A stretch of DNA of 64,000 nucleotides from Zootoca vivipara (GCF_963506605.1 NC_083281.1:1054001-1118000), one strand, 5' to 3'. Positions 27,671 through 47,905 are shown, numbered from the stretch's first letter. Made by a program: numbers and translations. Notes: generated from the letters alone by a model not told the origin.

Positions 27671-30600
27671 ATGACAGCGGCTCCGGGACCCTCCCCGCAG
27701 CAGATCAGGGACCGGCTGCTGCAGGCCATCGACCCCAACAGCAACGTGAGTCTGTGGGGGGCGGAGGAGGGGGAAATAGGAGGGAGAGGGGACTGGGGAG
27801 GAGAGGGTTAATGGGAGGGAGAGGGGACTGGGGAGGAGAGGGTTAATGTGTTTTTTGCGGCGGCGGGGGGAGGATGCTGCGTTTTTGCACGTGGGGATGC
27901 GAGGGGGGGGGGAGAAGAAGNNNNNNNNNNNNNNNNNNNNNNNNNNNNNNNNNNNNNNNNNNNNNNNNNNNNNNNNNNNNNNNNNNNNNNNNNNNNNNNN
28001 NNNNNNNNNNNNNNNNNNNNNNNNNNNNNNNNNNNNNNNNNNNNNNNNNNTTCCTTCCTGGTTTCTTTGCTTGGGCTTTTCAAGGTAGGAGTTGGTCCTG
28101 AGCAAAAAACAAGACAAAAAACCCACCCCACTCACACAATGATAACCATGCCCTCTAAATCTGGGGTCTCCAACTACGGCAATGATTAATGATGGTAGTG
28201 TCCTCCAAATCTGGGGTCTCCCAACTGGTGTTTTGTGCCCCTGGTCATGGCCTGCTGCAAGGTGGGTCGCCACAGCACCACGGCCACCGTGCAGGTCTAT
28301 GGTGAGAAGTGGGTGCCCAGATGCATGGTTTGGTTAAAGGGTTAAAGGAAGGGCTCATTGGTCCTGTAGAGCACTTGCTTTGCATGCAGAAGGTCTCCGG
28401 CGAAGGCTGGGGAATTGTTTCCTGCCTGAAGCTCTAGTGAGCTTCTGCTGCTGCTGCCAGTCAGTCTAGTGCTGAGCTATAGGGGCCCGGTAGCCTGACT
28501 CGGGAGGAGGTGAAGGACTGCAGCTCAGAGGGCCTGCTTCATACATAGAACCTGTGAGCCCAAGGCCCTGCAGCCAGTGTAGGCAATGTCGAGTTGGCTG
28601 GAGCAATGGCGTGACACAGTGTGAGGCAGCTTCCAGCTTAAATGAGAGCCACGAGGTCAGGAATCTTGCTTTTATAAGTAAAGGGCCATTGCTCAGTGGC
28701 AGGGTATCTCCTTTGCTCGCGGAAGACCACCAGTTTCGATCACCGGCATCTCCATATGCGGGTTTGGGAGACCCCTGGTTTGACGCCCTGGAGAGCTGCT
28801 GCCAGTCAGTCCAGGGGGTGCTGAGCTAGGTGGACAACCTGGTCTGCATCAGTGTAAGGCAGGGGTCAGCAAACTTTTTCAGCAGGGGGCCGGTCCACTG
28901 TCCCTCAGACCTTGTGGGGGGCCAGACTATATTTGGGGGGCGGGGGAAATGAACGAATTCCTATGCCCCACAAATAACCCACAGGTGCATTTTAAATAAA
29001 AGGACACATTCTACTCATGTAAAAGCATGCTGATTCCCAGACCGTCTGAGGGGTGGATTTAGGAGGTGATTGGGCCGCATCCGGCCCCCGGGCCTTAGTT
29101 TGGGGCCCCTGGTGTAAGGCATTGCACTGGGGCGTTTGGCTCTCCTTAAACGAGTTTCCTGCCGCCTCTGCCACCTCCTCCTCCATGGGCTTCTCACCTG
29201 CTAACATAATTTCCTCTTTTTTTCTTCCCTTCTCATCCTGCAAAAGTAAAAATCACACCGCCGCCGCCCCCCCCTTCTGCTGCAGAAATGCCAAGTCCGG
29301 TTTGTTGGCCATTGGGCCCCCTTTTCCCTCTCCACCCAACTCGGGTCTGCAAAGAAGGGGAGCCAGGACGACTCTCCCCACATGTATCCTCTGGGCTTGA
29401 CCTTCCTCTTGCAGTTGCCCTACCAGTCCATTCCCCTGTTTTATTAGGCCGGCAGGTGCCTCCCCCATCTCCTTGCCAGTGGCTCCTTTCCTGTGCTCCT
29501 GCTTCAGGCCCCAACACATGTCAGTCTGGTGCTCTGTCTCCTCCCCTGACCCCCTTTCCATGTTACTTGGGAACAGCAGTGCCCCAAGGCCCTGGTGGCT
29601 TAGACCCTGGTCTTCTGGGGAGCTCTCTAGACTGCGGCTCCTCCTTGCCATGTAATGCTGCACCCCCTTTCCCCTCTCTGTGCTCCCACACGTTCCCTGC
29701 CACCTGTCCATGGTGGAACTGCTGCCGGCACTTGTTCCGTGCTCTGTGTTTATGGTGTTCACTTTGTGGAGCCCTACGTTGTTGGGCTTGTATATGAGGC
29801 CCTGTTTTCTGTAGGGTCGGGTAGACCTGTCTCCTGATAGCGTAGAGCGGGGGGGGGGGGAGCTCGCCTGCTGGTCTCCACATCACCCCTCTGCTTGTGC
29901 CTTGCCGGCTGCTGAACATTTGGAGTGGTTACCACCACATTGGCCGCACTGGCGCAAAGGTGCTTAACCCTGTCACTCCCTTGGGCTTGCGTCTTTTTGA
30001 ACAACCACATCTCTTGTGTGCCCCTGCTGCCTGCGCTTTAACCCTCCACTTCTCCTCAGATCTTTCGCACAGGATCAAATCATGCAAGATACCCAGTGCA
30101 GTCGTACCTCTTGTTATGTCCACCTCCGGTATTTTCAGGATACAAACGTGGCAAACCTGGAAGTATACTTCCGGGTTTCCGTCACTCGTGCATGCGCAGA
30201 AGCGCTCTATCGCGCAGTGCACAGAAGCGGTGCCTCTGCTTCTGGACTTTTCGGATTGCGGATGGACCCCTGGAACGAATTAGGTTCATATCTGGAGGGT
30301 CCACTGTATTTAGAGAGCATTGGTTGAAAGTGGTGTCACTCCACCTTTTTTTTGGTGGGGGGCAGCAGGGCAGGGAAACTTTTGGCAGAGGGGACTCATT
30401 GATCCGGCTGCTTTTCCGGCTTCGTCCTTGTTGATTCCAGGGCGCTTATTCGGCAGTTTGTTTCTACTGTTTCCTCGTTCGGACAACTTAGTTAAAGCAT
30501 CTTGAATGCTTCCGCAGCAATCGCTCTTAAGTGGGTAGCTTTCTCGCGTACCTCTTTGCCAAGCTGCATCGGTCGCTGTTAAGGAAGAAAGCCAGCAGGC

Positions 30601-30907
30601 AGAATAAACTCTGAAACCTCCTTGCGGTGCATTCCTCCTCAGGTTGCATCCAAGGAAGCTGTCCTCAGAGTGTGAGGTCCTCTGAAACTTTGATTTCGAC
30701 TATTTGATTTAATAACAACCATTAGCTGCAATGGGCCTTCTCCGGGCAGGGCTAACTTTGGATACCACCCAGTATTTTGAGTTCATAAGAAGCTAGGGAA
30801 GAGCCCTGCAACATTAGGAGCAGGCCAAAGGGGCCCCATCCTGTACTTCTCACAATGCCCCAGTGGGGGGGCCCTGCAGTCTTCACAGCTGCCTCTCTGA
30901 AAAGTCC

Positions 30908-30958
<51 letters not shown>

Positions 30959-33900
30959 TGAGCACAAATCTAGCTTAGGCATGTGAAGATCCCGAGAAGG
31001 AAAAGTGTGTTTGCAGGGTGTGTGTGTGTGGGGGGGTGTTGTAAGAGTCCCTGAAAGTCCACTCAAGTGGGATCCGTTCCCTTTGGCAGCTCCAAGCAAG
31101 TTCTGGCCCCCCTCTCCCTGACCCCCACGTGGCTCTCCTTTGCTGCTATTGAGGTGGGGGCCGTGAAGGTGCTTTTTTTGCTGGCAGTAGAGCAGTCACT
31201 TCACCCACATGTTTTAGACTTAGCAGCCACTTCCTGAATGCTTCTTTTAAATAGGAACAAAGGCATGGCAGGCGATCGGGCCTCTTTGCTCTCCCAGCTT
31301 CTGTCCCCTTTGGGAGCACCCACGCGGTCTTGGATAGCTTACCTGATCTGCTCAGAGCCTTCCTTTCCCCAGCGCACCCCTTGCCTCTTCCTCTGGCAAT
31401 GATGGCAGTGATTCGCGTGTGTTAATTTCGATTGTTGAGAACACGTCGCTCACGTCAGGTATGGGAAACCTTTGGCCTCTTTGGTATTGCTGAACTACAA
31501 CTCCCATCATTCCCAGCCATTGGCCGTGCTAGCTAGGGCTGATGGGAGTTGTAGTAGTTCTGAAGGGCCAAAGGTCCTACAAGCCTGGCATAAATGATCG
31601 GGAAATCCTTGACGAGAGAGAGGCCTGTGACTTGGGCCTGTGACTTCGCACAAAGTCAGAGACTGAGGGACTACTAATTAATATGTAGGGAGCAGAGGCT
31701 GGATTTCAGCCACTTCCAGCCTTTGGATGACATGGTAACCTTTGAGAAAGAGCTGCTTGCCAAGCCGAGATCATAGAGTTGGAAGGGTCATCTCTTCAGA
31801 GATCGTAGAATCATAGAGTTGGAAGGGACCACGAGAGTCGTCTCATCCAACCCCCTGCAATGCAGGGATCTTTTGCCCAACGTGGGGCTCAAACTCATGA
31901 CGTCTCACATGCTGTTACCAACCGAGCTACACATGATTAGGATGCCCACATTTATATTCCCCCCTTTGGTAGAGAACAAGAGTGGGAGAAGGCTGTGTTG
32001 CTCTCGCATCCGGCTTGTGCAGGACAGGAGGCTGGGCTTAGATGCCCCCCCTTTGGCCTGATCCACCTGCTGCTGCTGGACTCTTAGGATGTGCTCATAA
32101 CGCAGTGAACACGAATCCCAGGTGAAACTAGGGGGTCTGCGTGTGCCCATGATGCAGAGCCACTCAGCCTACTGACCTGAAAGTGGCTTACAGGGCAACG
32201 TGGCTCTATGCCACGACTAACATTCCTCCATTCTTGGGGCCGGAAGCTCATAAAGCCTCCTGGATCGGGCAACTGGCCCATCTAAGCTCAACAGTTGCCT
32301 GAGGAAAACCAGCAAGCAGGATTCAAACTCTCTCCTCCTGCTGTTTTCTGAAACCGGTATTCAGAAGCGCTGTTTTCCACCAACCATATTTGTGTAGCCA
32401 TCCATACTTCTCTCGTCCATTGATTAGTTGTAATCCTCTGTTGAAGCCATCCAGGTTGGTGGCCCTCGCTTCTCCTGTAAAGGAGGTTGGAGGCGCCCTT
32501 CTTGTGGAGTCCCTGGCTTCGTTTCCCAAGCTTTCTTAAGCGTCACTTCACTAGCTGTTCTCGGAGCAGCTTGCAAATCCTCGTATTAAGGGCTGGCGGG
32601 TGTGTGTGTGTGTCTCACAATTATGGGCAACGGCATGGTTTAAACAGGGGGGGGGGCAGGGGAAGCATAGCAAAACGATGTCACGAAGCCAGACGTCGGG
32701 TTTCTGCTTTTTGCTGTCACAGCAGCATGTCCAGGGACACAGGAAGATGGATCGCGCCAAGCTAGGCCCTTGGTGTCTGTTTGTCTCTCCTGACTGGCAG
32801 TGGTCCTCCAGGGTTTCTGCCTCGGTGGGGTGGGGGAGGGTCTTTGCACCAATCCTGCGCTGGAGTTGCTCCTTCAGGGGGTTGGGCCTGACCTGAGCCC
32901 TTCTGCATGCAAAGCCCCTTTTGGTGTGTCTTGTGTGGTGATGCCTAAAAGAGCCCTGAGCAAAAGGGGGAAAGTTTTTCTCCAGGTGAGCCTTCCTGGG
33001 GAGGGAACCCCCATTGGCGAGGCACCTTGGCAGAGAAGGCCCTTCCTCTTCGGTGACCTTTCAGGAGGCTAAGGGCCGCAGGGGCCAGTTTTCATACCCA
33101 TATGGCAGGAAGAGATGTTGACTTTTAGGGTCTCCTTCCGGACACTGGCAGTGTCTTCAGGGCCGATTTCTGTTGTTCTCGCTGTGACTTTATGATGTTT
33201 GGGGTGTCACTGGGAGTCTCTTAATGACACTGATCCTGGCTGGCTAACGCCACTGGTGATTGAGGCACAAGTCCAGAAGCAGGGGGAGGCTCCTCTTCTT
33301 TTGAGGGGTGGTTGTCATCTGGCTTCTGACTTGGTGGGTGGCTGGGCTTGCCTCTGAGCAGCGGAGGGAGGTTGGGGCAGCCCTCAAAGTTAGCCGGATC
33401 CATTCATTTCAGTGGGTCTACGCTGAGCTCTCCTAGCATCACTCCCGCCCAAAGCCTCACTTTTAGCTGTTCTGTTTCTCTTGCAGATTCATAACATGGT
33501 GGCAGTACTCGAAGTGATCTCCAGCCTGGAGAGGTACCCCATCACCAAAGAGGCGCTCGAGGTGGGTTGGCATTCACCGCCTGATGAAAATATCAAACGC
33601 TGCATAGCACCCATTTTTATTTTTATTTCTTAAAATGTGTACTCCACTTAATGGTAAACAAACAAACCGTCAAAGTGGTTTACAAAAGGGTGAAACTGAG
33701 AGCAAAATCGCAACCCTGCTTTAAAACGCGCAAAAGTTAAAGCAATGAAATAGATTTAGATTATCTCAGCTTTCTAAGCACCTGAGCGAGCTTGCCTAAA
33801 CAGGACCGTTTTTAGCAAGTGCTGAAAAGAGTATGGCGAAGGTGCCTGCTTGATCTCAATCGGCAGGGAGTTCCAAAGTATCCACGCTGCCTCTCTGAAA

Positions 33901-36900
33901 AACTGGGCTCTTTCGGATGCGGAACAGGCACCTGCAGTCGTGGCGATTCCGCCTATCAAAGCGTTTGAGTGGGTACCTGTTGGGTAAGGTGATCTCACAG
34001 CTAAACTGGTCCCAAATTGTTAAAGGGCTCTAAATGCCCTTGAACTTGGGCCAGATGTAAACAGGTAACCAGAGCAGATGTCTGAGCACAGGAGTTATAT
34101 GCTGACAAGGCCTCGCTCCCATTCAGCAATCCTGCACCAACTGCAGCTTCTGGGTCAAGCACATGGCAGTAACCCAGCCTTGAAGCAGCTTAGGGAAGTG
34201 ACCATGGGTAAGCACAAGGTTTATGGCCTGCAGGAGCTGCTGCCTGGCCTTGATAGCAAATCCAAAAATTGTAAATGCCATGACCTTTGCTGGTTTGGCT
34301 TGTGTGTGCCTGCTTTTCTCCCACCCACTCCCCTCAAAAAAACACTGCTTTGACACGTTGACCATTTTGCAGCTTTAAGCGAGTGTGGACTTGTATGGGC
34401 TGTGCCTTCTTGGCTGCCCTGGTCTTCCTCACGCAGCTCCTGGGTTTCCAAGCATCCTCACACAGCTCTGGAATTATGTGGCACCCCCTTCCTCAGAACT
34501 GTGGGAGGTGAACAGCTGACTCAGCCTCGTGGACTGGGATGCGGCTCCCTGTGAGGGTTGGCCGCTTGTCTGAACACGTTTCGACCCACCTGCCTCCTCC
34601 AAACGGGGGAATTCCACGGAAGCGTCCCCAGCGCTCTCCATGCCAGCATCGGCCGGAGATACGGAGACTGGTCTTTACAGCTGCCATGCGTTGCTGCGAT
34701 CCTTAGCTAATTTCTGGCAAAATCTCCACCGCACCAATGTGCATATCAACACACTTGTGCAATCATTGACCCTTTGTAGTAGTGTGCCTCTGCGCTCATA
34801 GAGCAGTGGTTTTCAGCCCGTGTGCTGTGGCACCCTGGGGTGCCTCGAATGATTATCAGGGCTGCCATGGGGAACCCTGGCCCCTGGCCCTCTTTCCCTC
34901 ACTCCTCTGATGCCCTCTCTGCCTTGAGGAGAGGAGGCAGAGGGAACACTCCCCAACGGACGATGTTCGAAAAAGGGTGAGAGGCTGCCAGCTCTGCAGG
35001 CAAGGAGGGACCTAACTGGGCTCCTGAGCCCCACAGGGGTGCCGCAGATAGTTTGGTCAAGGGAGCTGTGGACTCAAAAAGGCTGGCCACCTCTGTCATA
35101 GGGTGCTGGGTGTCCATGTGTGTCACAGGTACCCACCCACTCAGGCCCCAAATTCCTCTTATTGGAGGGAGACCTTCCTGGGACAGAGGGGAGACAGGAG
35201 AAGCCGCCTCCTGCTTTTGACAGGTTCATGGGAGCCTTGTGTTTTGGACTACAACTCCCATCAGCCCCAGTGCCATATGGCCATACCGGTATGCAGCTAC
35301 CTTGCAAAGTAACATTCCCTCCCTGCTTTTCTCTTTTCTTCCTTTCCTCTACCCTCCAAAAAACTCCACAGGAGACACGGCTGGGGAAACTCATCAACGA
35401 CGTGAGGAAGAAAACTGAGAATGTGGAGTTGGCCAAGCGGGCTAAGAAGCTGCTGCGGAACTGGCAGAAGCTGATCGAGCCAGGGGCTCCCAGCGAGGGG
35501 GCCGCCAGGGGTCCGCCCAACCCGCCAGGGTCTGCCAACGGCGGAGGGGCCCACAACTGCCGGGTGGAGACTCCTCCGGCGGGGGTCGGGCCGAAGCCCG
35601 CGCAGGATGCGAAGGGCCGGAATGACGTCCAGAAGCTGCACTCCCCGAAGCAGTTGGCGGAGAAGGCGGGGGCTAGGAAGAGGCGGGGGGAGCCGCGCGA
35701 TGGCCTGGCGGGGGCGCCTCTCCTGCCGCTGCCGAAGGCCTCCAAGGCCTGCTTCGAAGTGTTACAGAACTCCTCACCGCCCCCGACGAATGGGATCGGG
35801 GGCAGCAGCCCGGACAGCTTCCCGAGCCCGCCGGATGCTGGCCTGCCCGCCGAGCTGGTTGAGGCCGACAAGCTCGGCAAGATCCCCATCAACGCGGTGC
35901 GGCCCCACACCAGCTCACCTGGTCTCTTCAAGCCCTCCGCTTCATCCCTGCTGAAGGTGGCACTGTTGGTCCAGCAGGAGAAGGAGGAGGCGCCACCCGC
36001 AGGGGGCCAGCCCAAGAGCCCCCGCTGCTCCTCTTTCAGCCCCAGGCACAGCCGGGCGGAAACGTTTTCCCGGCAGCACACCACCTACTCCCCCAAGGGC
36101 TCGCCGCCCGCCCCTTCCCCGACGAGGCCCCCGCCTGCCCCGGACACCCCCGCAGGGGCTCCCTTGTCGCCCCCTGCCCTCGTGCAGCCAGTGCTAGAGA
36201 AGCGGCTGGAGCCCCATCCACAGGTGGGGCTGGAGACACCCCTGCACGGCATCCAGGATGCGCCGGCGGGCCGGCTGACCGCGGGGGCCTTGCTGAGCAG
36301 CGGGGTGGGCCCCCTCCCGGCGGAGCCCTTGCTGGCGGGCTTCTCCCCGGACGCATGCCGGGCGGACAGCGACGGTGCCGCCTCGGGGTCGGACAGCAAG
36401 AAGAAGAAGAAGTACCGGCCCAAGGACTACGTGGTCAACCTGGACGGGCAGGCGCTGGAAGGGGGGGTCAAGCCGGTGCGGTTAAAAAAGGAGCGGCGGC
36501 TGACCTTTGACCCCATGACGGGCGAAATCAAGCCCCTGGCACAGCGGGACTCCTTGCAGGCGGCCCACCCGCCCGCTCTCCCCGAGCAGCAGCACAGGAC
36601 AGGTGCAGGGGAGGCCACAGAGCCCAAGCCCCCCCTGCAAAGCCCCTTTGAGCAGACCAACTGGAAGGAGCTGTCCCGGAACGAGATTATCCAGTCCTAT
36701 TTGAACCGGCAGAGCAGCTTGCTCTCCTCTTCTGGGGTACAGACTCCGGGTGCTCACTACTTCATGTCCGAGTACCTGAAACAGGAGGAGAGCACCCGCC
36801 GGGACGCCCGCAAGACCCACGTCCTGGCGCCCCACAGCAAGCCCACGGACTTGCCCGGGGTGACCCGGGAGGTGACGCAGGGCGACCTCGACAGGATATG

Positions 36901-37036
36901 TGGCCGCCACTGGCCGGGCGTGAATGGTTGCTACGACACACAGGGTAACTGGTATGATTGGACGCAGGGAATATCCCTCGACCCGCACGGGGACGACGGG
37001 CGCCTCAACGTCCTGCCTTACGTCTGCCTGGACTGA
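27671..37036 (+). CDS. MED26: Mediator complex subunit 26; exons 27671-27745, 33487-33561, 35372-37036; 604 aa
   Basis: MTAAPGPSPQQIRDRLLQAIDPNSN/IHNMVAVLEVISSLERYPITKEALE/ETRLGKLINDVRKKT... (TFIIS N-terminal-like domain) ... C-terminus GRLNVLPYVCLD*. GT-AG phase-0 introns. Confidence 0.97.
28860..29111. mobile_element. hAT-Charlie-type MITE
   Basis: TIRs caggggtc…/…gcccctg; 8-bp TSD gtgtaagg; related copy at 45055-45228. Confidence 0.88.
30097..30308. mobile_element. Tc1/mariner (Tigger-like) MITE
   Basis: cagtcgtacctc … gagggtccactgta; internal similarity to 51012-51218. Confidence 0.7.
30910..30955 (+). repeat. (GT)n microsatellite
   Basis: Direct inspection. Other (CA)n runs at ~1507-1532 and ~20756-20781. 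Confidence 0.95.
34804..35095. mobile_element. hAT-type MITE
   Basis: cagtggttttcagcc / ggctggccacctctg; TSD tcatagag/tcataggg (7/8). Confidence 0.7.
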
Positions 37037-38255
37037 GCGTCGGTTTGCCGGGATGCTTCTGATGCATGGGGCAGTTTGGTGCCAGCAGGCAGGTGCGGCG
37101 ACAGCTGCCCCCCCTCCACCCTCCGTTGTGCTGAAAAAAAGGCTCACCCAGCAGAGAGAAAGAGAGAGGGATGGAGGGAATGCGAGAGAGAGTGAGCTGG
37201 ACCCCGGCAGTTCCTTCTTCCCTAGGTTTCTTTTTTCTTTTCTTTTTTTGTGAAGTGCTGCTACCAGTCTACTAACAAAATTGCAAAGCGGGAGGAGGCA
37301 CAGAACAGAGGTTTGATTTAAACGATGGCAACAAAAAGAGTTCCAAACTCTTAGCAAGCCAGCTCTGGAAAAAAAACCACAAAAAGAGAAAAAGTGTTAG
37401 GGTTTTTATTTTATTTTTCGTTTCAAAAGGTGAAATTTCTTTCCAGTGATTGGTGGATGCCAAAATCCGAGAGCAGGCAGGAGGTGGGGAGAGGAATGGC
37501 GGGGTGCAGGACGTTTTAACCAAGAGTAGTCTTAGCCTATTTATTTTTGTCCCGATTTGTTTTTGTTTGTTTTTTTCTTGGAAAGGGAGTAAGAATAATA
37601 ATAACAGCAGTGAGGTGGTTTGAGATGAAACTGTGCAAAAACCTGTGGTTAAGTAGTTCTTCCTCGCGTCGCATCTGTCTCCAGAAAAAGGCGTGTGGCT
37701 TGCGGTGAGGGGTGCCCTGCAAGTCTGCCAGGGTAGGGAGGAGTTGGTGCCCACCTTCAGGTTAGCATTCCACAAATATCCCTTCCTTCCTTCCTTCCTC
37801 CTTTCTTGGTGGGATCTAGCCTGAGTGTGTCTTCCCTGCATTCTTTCTGCACATTTTCTAGGGAGAGGCAAGGGGGGAAAGAGCCCTCTCTCCTCCACTG
37901 CCCCCCCCCATGTTAAAAAAGGAAGGCAAAATCCAAACCGTACAGAGGGTGCTACTTTTGTCCTGTGAAAGGGGGAGAGAGAGACTGGGGAAGCCTGTTC
38001 TGCAATGCTGGAGAATACACTTGTTACCATTCCTTTTTAGATATTTGTTTGCCTTACGGAGATCCATCACAAAAATTAAAAAAAAAAAAAGGGAGAGGAG
38101 GAGGAGGAGGAGGAGGAGAAGCGCGACTTGCAAAAACGAAAAAGAGCCTTAGTGAATGTACAGTAACTATCCTAGACTTCTGCGTTCCTGGGACGCAGAA
38201 GGGAGCAACTTTGCTATTGGTCCTTTAAGTGGACACGTTGTGATATACATGTGGA

Positions 38256-38261
38256 AATAAA
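38256..38261 (+). terminator. Candidate poly(A) signal of MED26
   Basis: AATAAA about 1.2 kb after the stop, followed by a GT/T-rich element (ctgtcgttttttt). Confidence 0.65.
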
Positions 38262-38869
38262 ACAAAAATTTGCACAAAAGCGCGGGCTGTCGTTTTTTTA
38301 AAAAAGGGAAGTTCCCAAAAAGCTGGTCGACTTGAGGAAGGCAGCTTCCTGGAGCTGGAGGACTTGAGTCTCTGGCTGATTCTGAACTACAGTCCCCGTC
38401 ATCCCTGACCGCTGGTCCTGCTAGCTTAGGGTTGATGGGAGTTTGGGAAACCCCACTGTAGCATGTGCTTGCTCTCTAGCTGTTGCCGCCCTGGCTGCTG
38501 GGAGTTGTAGTCTAAAGTGCCTGGGGAGGGCAGTACAGAGAGACCAAGGAGGTGTGTGTTTTGCAGCCTGACGATCCTGGTCCTATAGCATGGTGTCAGT
38601 GGGCTACAGCTCTCACCCTCTTACAGGCTGGGGGTGCTGGGAGTTGTAACCCAACAACTTCCAGAGAGAGGCAGGTCATGTCGACTACCTATGATCTATA
38701 GAATTGGGATGGGTTGGATCCTGTGGCCCTTCTGATGTCATTCCAGGAACATCATAATCCCTGACCACTGGCCCTTCCAGCTGGAATGGATGGGAGTCCC
38801 AATGGGAAGATCCAGAAGGTCACTTGCTTTGCCTACCTGCTCCCGTTGCTATTTGTCTGCTTTTAGAAA

Positions 38870-39080
38870 TACAGTGGTACCTTGGAAGTTGGACGGAATC
38901 CGTTCCGGAAGTCCGTTCGACTGCTGAAAAAGTTTGGGAACCAATGCGCGGCTTCCGATGGGCTGCAGGAAGCCGGAAGTCGTGTCGGACCTTCCAAAGA
39001 ACGGGTCACTTCCGTTTTTCCATCGTTGAGGAGCCGAAACATTCGGCTCCCAAGGCATTTGAAAACCAAGGTACGACTCT
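38870..39080. mobile_element. Tc1/mariner (Tigger-like) MITE
   Basis: TA|cagtggtaccttgg … ccaaggtacgact. Confidence 0.7.
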
Positions 39081-39727
39081 CATCTCCTTTGAGCAAGTTT
39101 GTGAAGACGAGACGTGTGCAAATTTGTTTTTGGACTTCAGTGCTGAAGGAACTGATTATTATTATTTTTTTTAAAAAAACTTTTAATCAAAAGGGGTTAG
39201 CGATTAACAAGGCGGCTGGTTTCCAAGTAAGTGATTTATTTATTTTTAATGCAAGTGCACTGGACCACCTCGAATTTTGTTTGGGGTAGGGGAAAAAGTT
39301 TGCTTGGGACCAGCTTCTGTGCACAAATCCAGCAACTGAAGCTTCACCCCCCCCCTTCATTTTTACCTCCACAGCAGATTAAGTTTTTCCTCTGTCAAAA
39401 CTTCTGCATATTCTCAGTTGTTAAAACCACTGCACCAGGGCAAGGAAAGCAAAGAGAGGAGCGCCCCCCCCCTCTTTCACCATGGGGGGCGGGGCTCTAC
39501 CCTGCAGTGTGGTGGTACCCAATTCAGGGAGCAAAATTAAGTGCCAATGTGGGTATATTTCTGCCCCTTGTGGCCTCTGGCTAATTTTATTTGAATACTG
39601 CACACTTTGAATCCATTTGGGGGGGGGGGTGTCATTGCACTTCAATGAAGAATGCAAGTGGTCCAAATAACAACTGGAGACCCAAGTTTGGGAAACACAG
39701 GTCGTAAACCACCCTGAGACCTGTATA

Positions 39728-41010
39728 CACATAATAATAATTAATAATGCTTGTCCATTGAGACGGGACTAATAAAGATAAATGTAAGTTGTATATATCA
39801 AAATATTGAAAATTCATTAATCATCATCATTGCCCAGGGATCAGGTATTAATAAAGATACATGTGATTTGTATATCTTCTTTGACAATCACTTGTAGCAG
39901 AGTAAGAATGTCTTCCATGAACATGGTGGTAACAGTGAGTTGTATATATCAAAGTTGTACATATCAAAATAGAATCAGAGTTGGAAGAGACCACAAGGGC
40001 CATCCAGTCCAACCCCCTGCCAAGCAGGAAACGCCATCAAAGCATTCTTGACAGATGGCCATCAAGCCTCCGCTTAAAGACCTCCAAAGAAGGAGACTCC
40101 ACCACACTCCTTGGCAGCAAATTCCACTGTCGAACAGCTCTTACTGTCAGGAAGTTCTTCCTAATGTTGAGGTGGAATCTTCTTTCTTGTAGTTTGAATC
40201 CATTGCTCTGTGTCCGCTTCTCTGGAGCAGCAGAAAACCTTTCTCCCTCCTCTATATGACATCCTTTTATATATTTGAACTTGGCTATCATATCACCCCT
40301 GTCTCCCATCCTGTATTTCTGCCTTTCATTTTTTTTGCCCAGGTGTAGTACTTTACATTTCTCCTTGTTAAAATTCATCTTGTTTGCTTTGGCCCAGTTG
40401 TCTAATCTGTTAAGGTCAAATAAGTTGTACATATCAAAATATTGAAATGCATAAATAATAGTAGTAATCCTCATCCAGGGAGACAGAATACAGGTAAATT
40501 CGAGTTGTATATAATAATTATTATAATACTCGCCCAGGGAAACGGGACTAATGCAGATAAATGTAAGTCGTATATCTTCTCTGGGCATCACTCGTAGCCG
40601 AACAAGATTGTCTTCCGTGAACAGTCTTAACAGTGAGTTGTATATCTCAAAATACCTAAGTTATACAGTATATCTCAAAATATCGAAAATGCATAAATAA
40701 ATAATACTAATAATCCTCACTCAGGGAGACAGGACTAATAAAGATAAATGTAAGTAGTATACATCAAAATATTGATAATGAATATAATAACATAAAAATA
40801 AATAAATAAAAATAGAATATAATGACCCTCCCGCCCTGACCCTCGGAGGAATAATAATTAATAATGACCCGAGCCCTGAACCTCGGAATAATGATGATGA
40901 TGATGATAATAATAATAAATAATGACCCTCGAAGGAATAATAATAATAACCCCCCCGCGCCCTGACCCTCGGAATAATGATTAATAATGACCCCCCCGCC
41001 CTGACCCTCA
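39728..41010 (+). repeat. Degenerate AT-rich tandem repeats upstream of SLC35E1 (two unit types), interrupted by a CR1
   Basis: Recurring cagggagacgggactaataaagataaatgtaagttgtatatatcaaaatattg, then ataatgaccc…ccctgaccctcggaata units at 40820-41010. Confidence 0.75.
39972..40421 (-). mobile_element. CR1 LINE 3' fragment with internal deletion
   Basis: WAKANKMNFNKEKCKVLHLG…RGDMIAKFKYIKG…; flanked by a 20-bp direct repeat. Confidence 0.9.
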
Positions 41011-41282
41011 GCCCGCAGCAGCCTCTTCCCCTGCCGCACCTCCCCAAACCCCGCCCTCTTTCCCCAGGCCCCGCCCCTTTGTGGGCGCGCCATATGACGC
41101 AACAACGTCCCTCCCCCACTCCCCGCCCCTCGTGGGCGTGGCCTTGCCACTTTTCCTGCGGCTGCTTGTCCCCCGCGCGGCTCCCGTAGCCACGTCCACT
41201 TCCGGCGCGGGTGGGTCGTCGGGCGGAAGTGACGCGGAGGAGCGCGGCGGTGGCGGCTGAAGGGGGCCGGAGCCGGCTCAGG
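41010..41282 (+). promoter_or_regulatory. CpG-island promoter of SLC35E1
   Basis: GC boxes CCCCGCCCC (~41069, ~41121), inverted ETS pair ACTTCCGG (~41198) and CGGAAGTGACG ETS-CRE composite (41224-41234). Confidence 0.72.

Positions 41283-47905
<6,623 letters not shown>

Noticed and set aside
26875-27846. Several 190-345-aa overlapping ORFs at CpG islands (also 13906-15111, 40721-41798, 51727-52495)
   Set aside because: GC-rich DNA is poor in stop codons. The products are low-complexity with no recognisable domain.
35120-35371. N-terminal 84 aa of the 638-aa ORF as part of MED26
   Set aside because: Intronic. The true exon starts after the polypyrimidine tract and CAG at 35372, and upstream exons supply the conserved N-terminus.
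35074-37357. Long antisense ORFs over MED26 exon 3
   Set aside because: Shadow frames of a GC3-rich coding exon.
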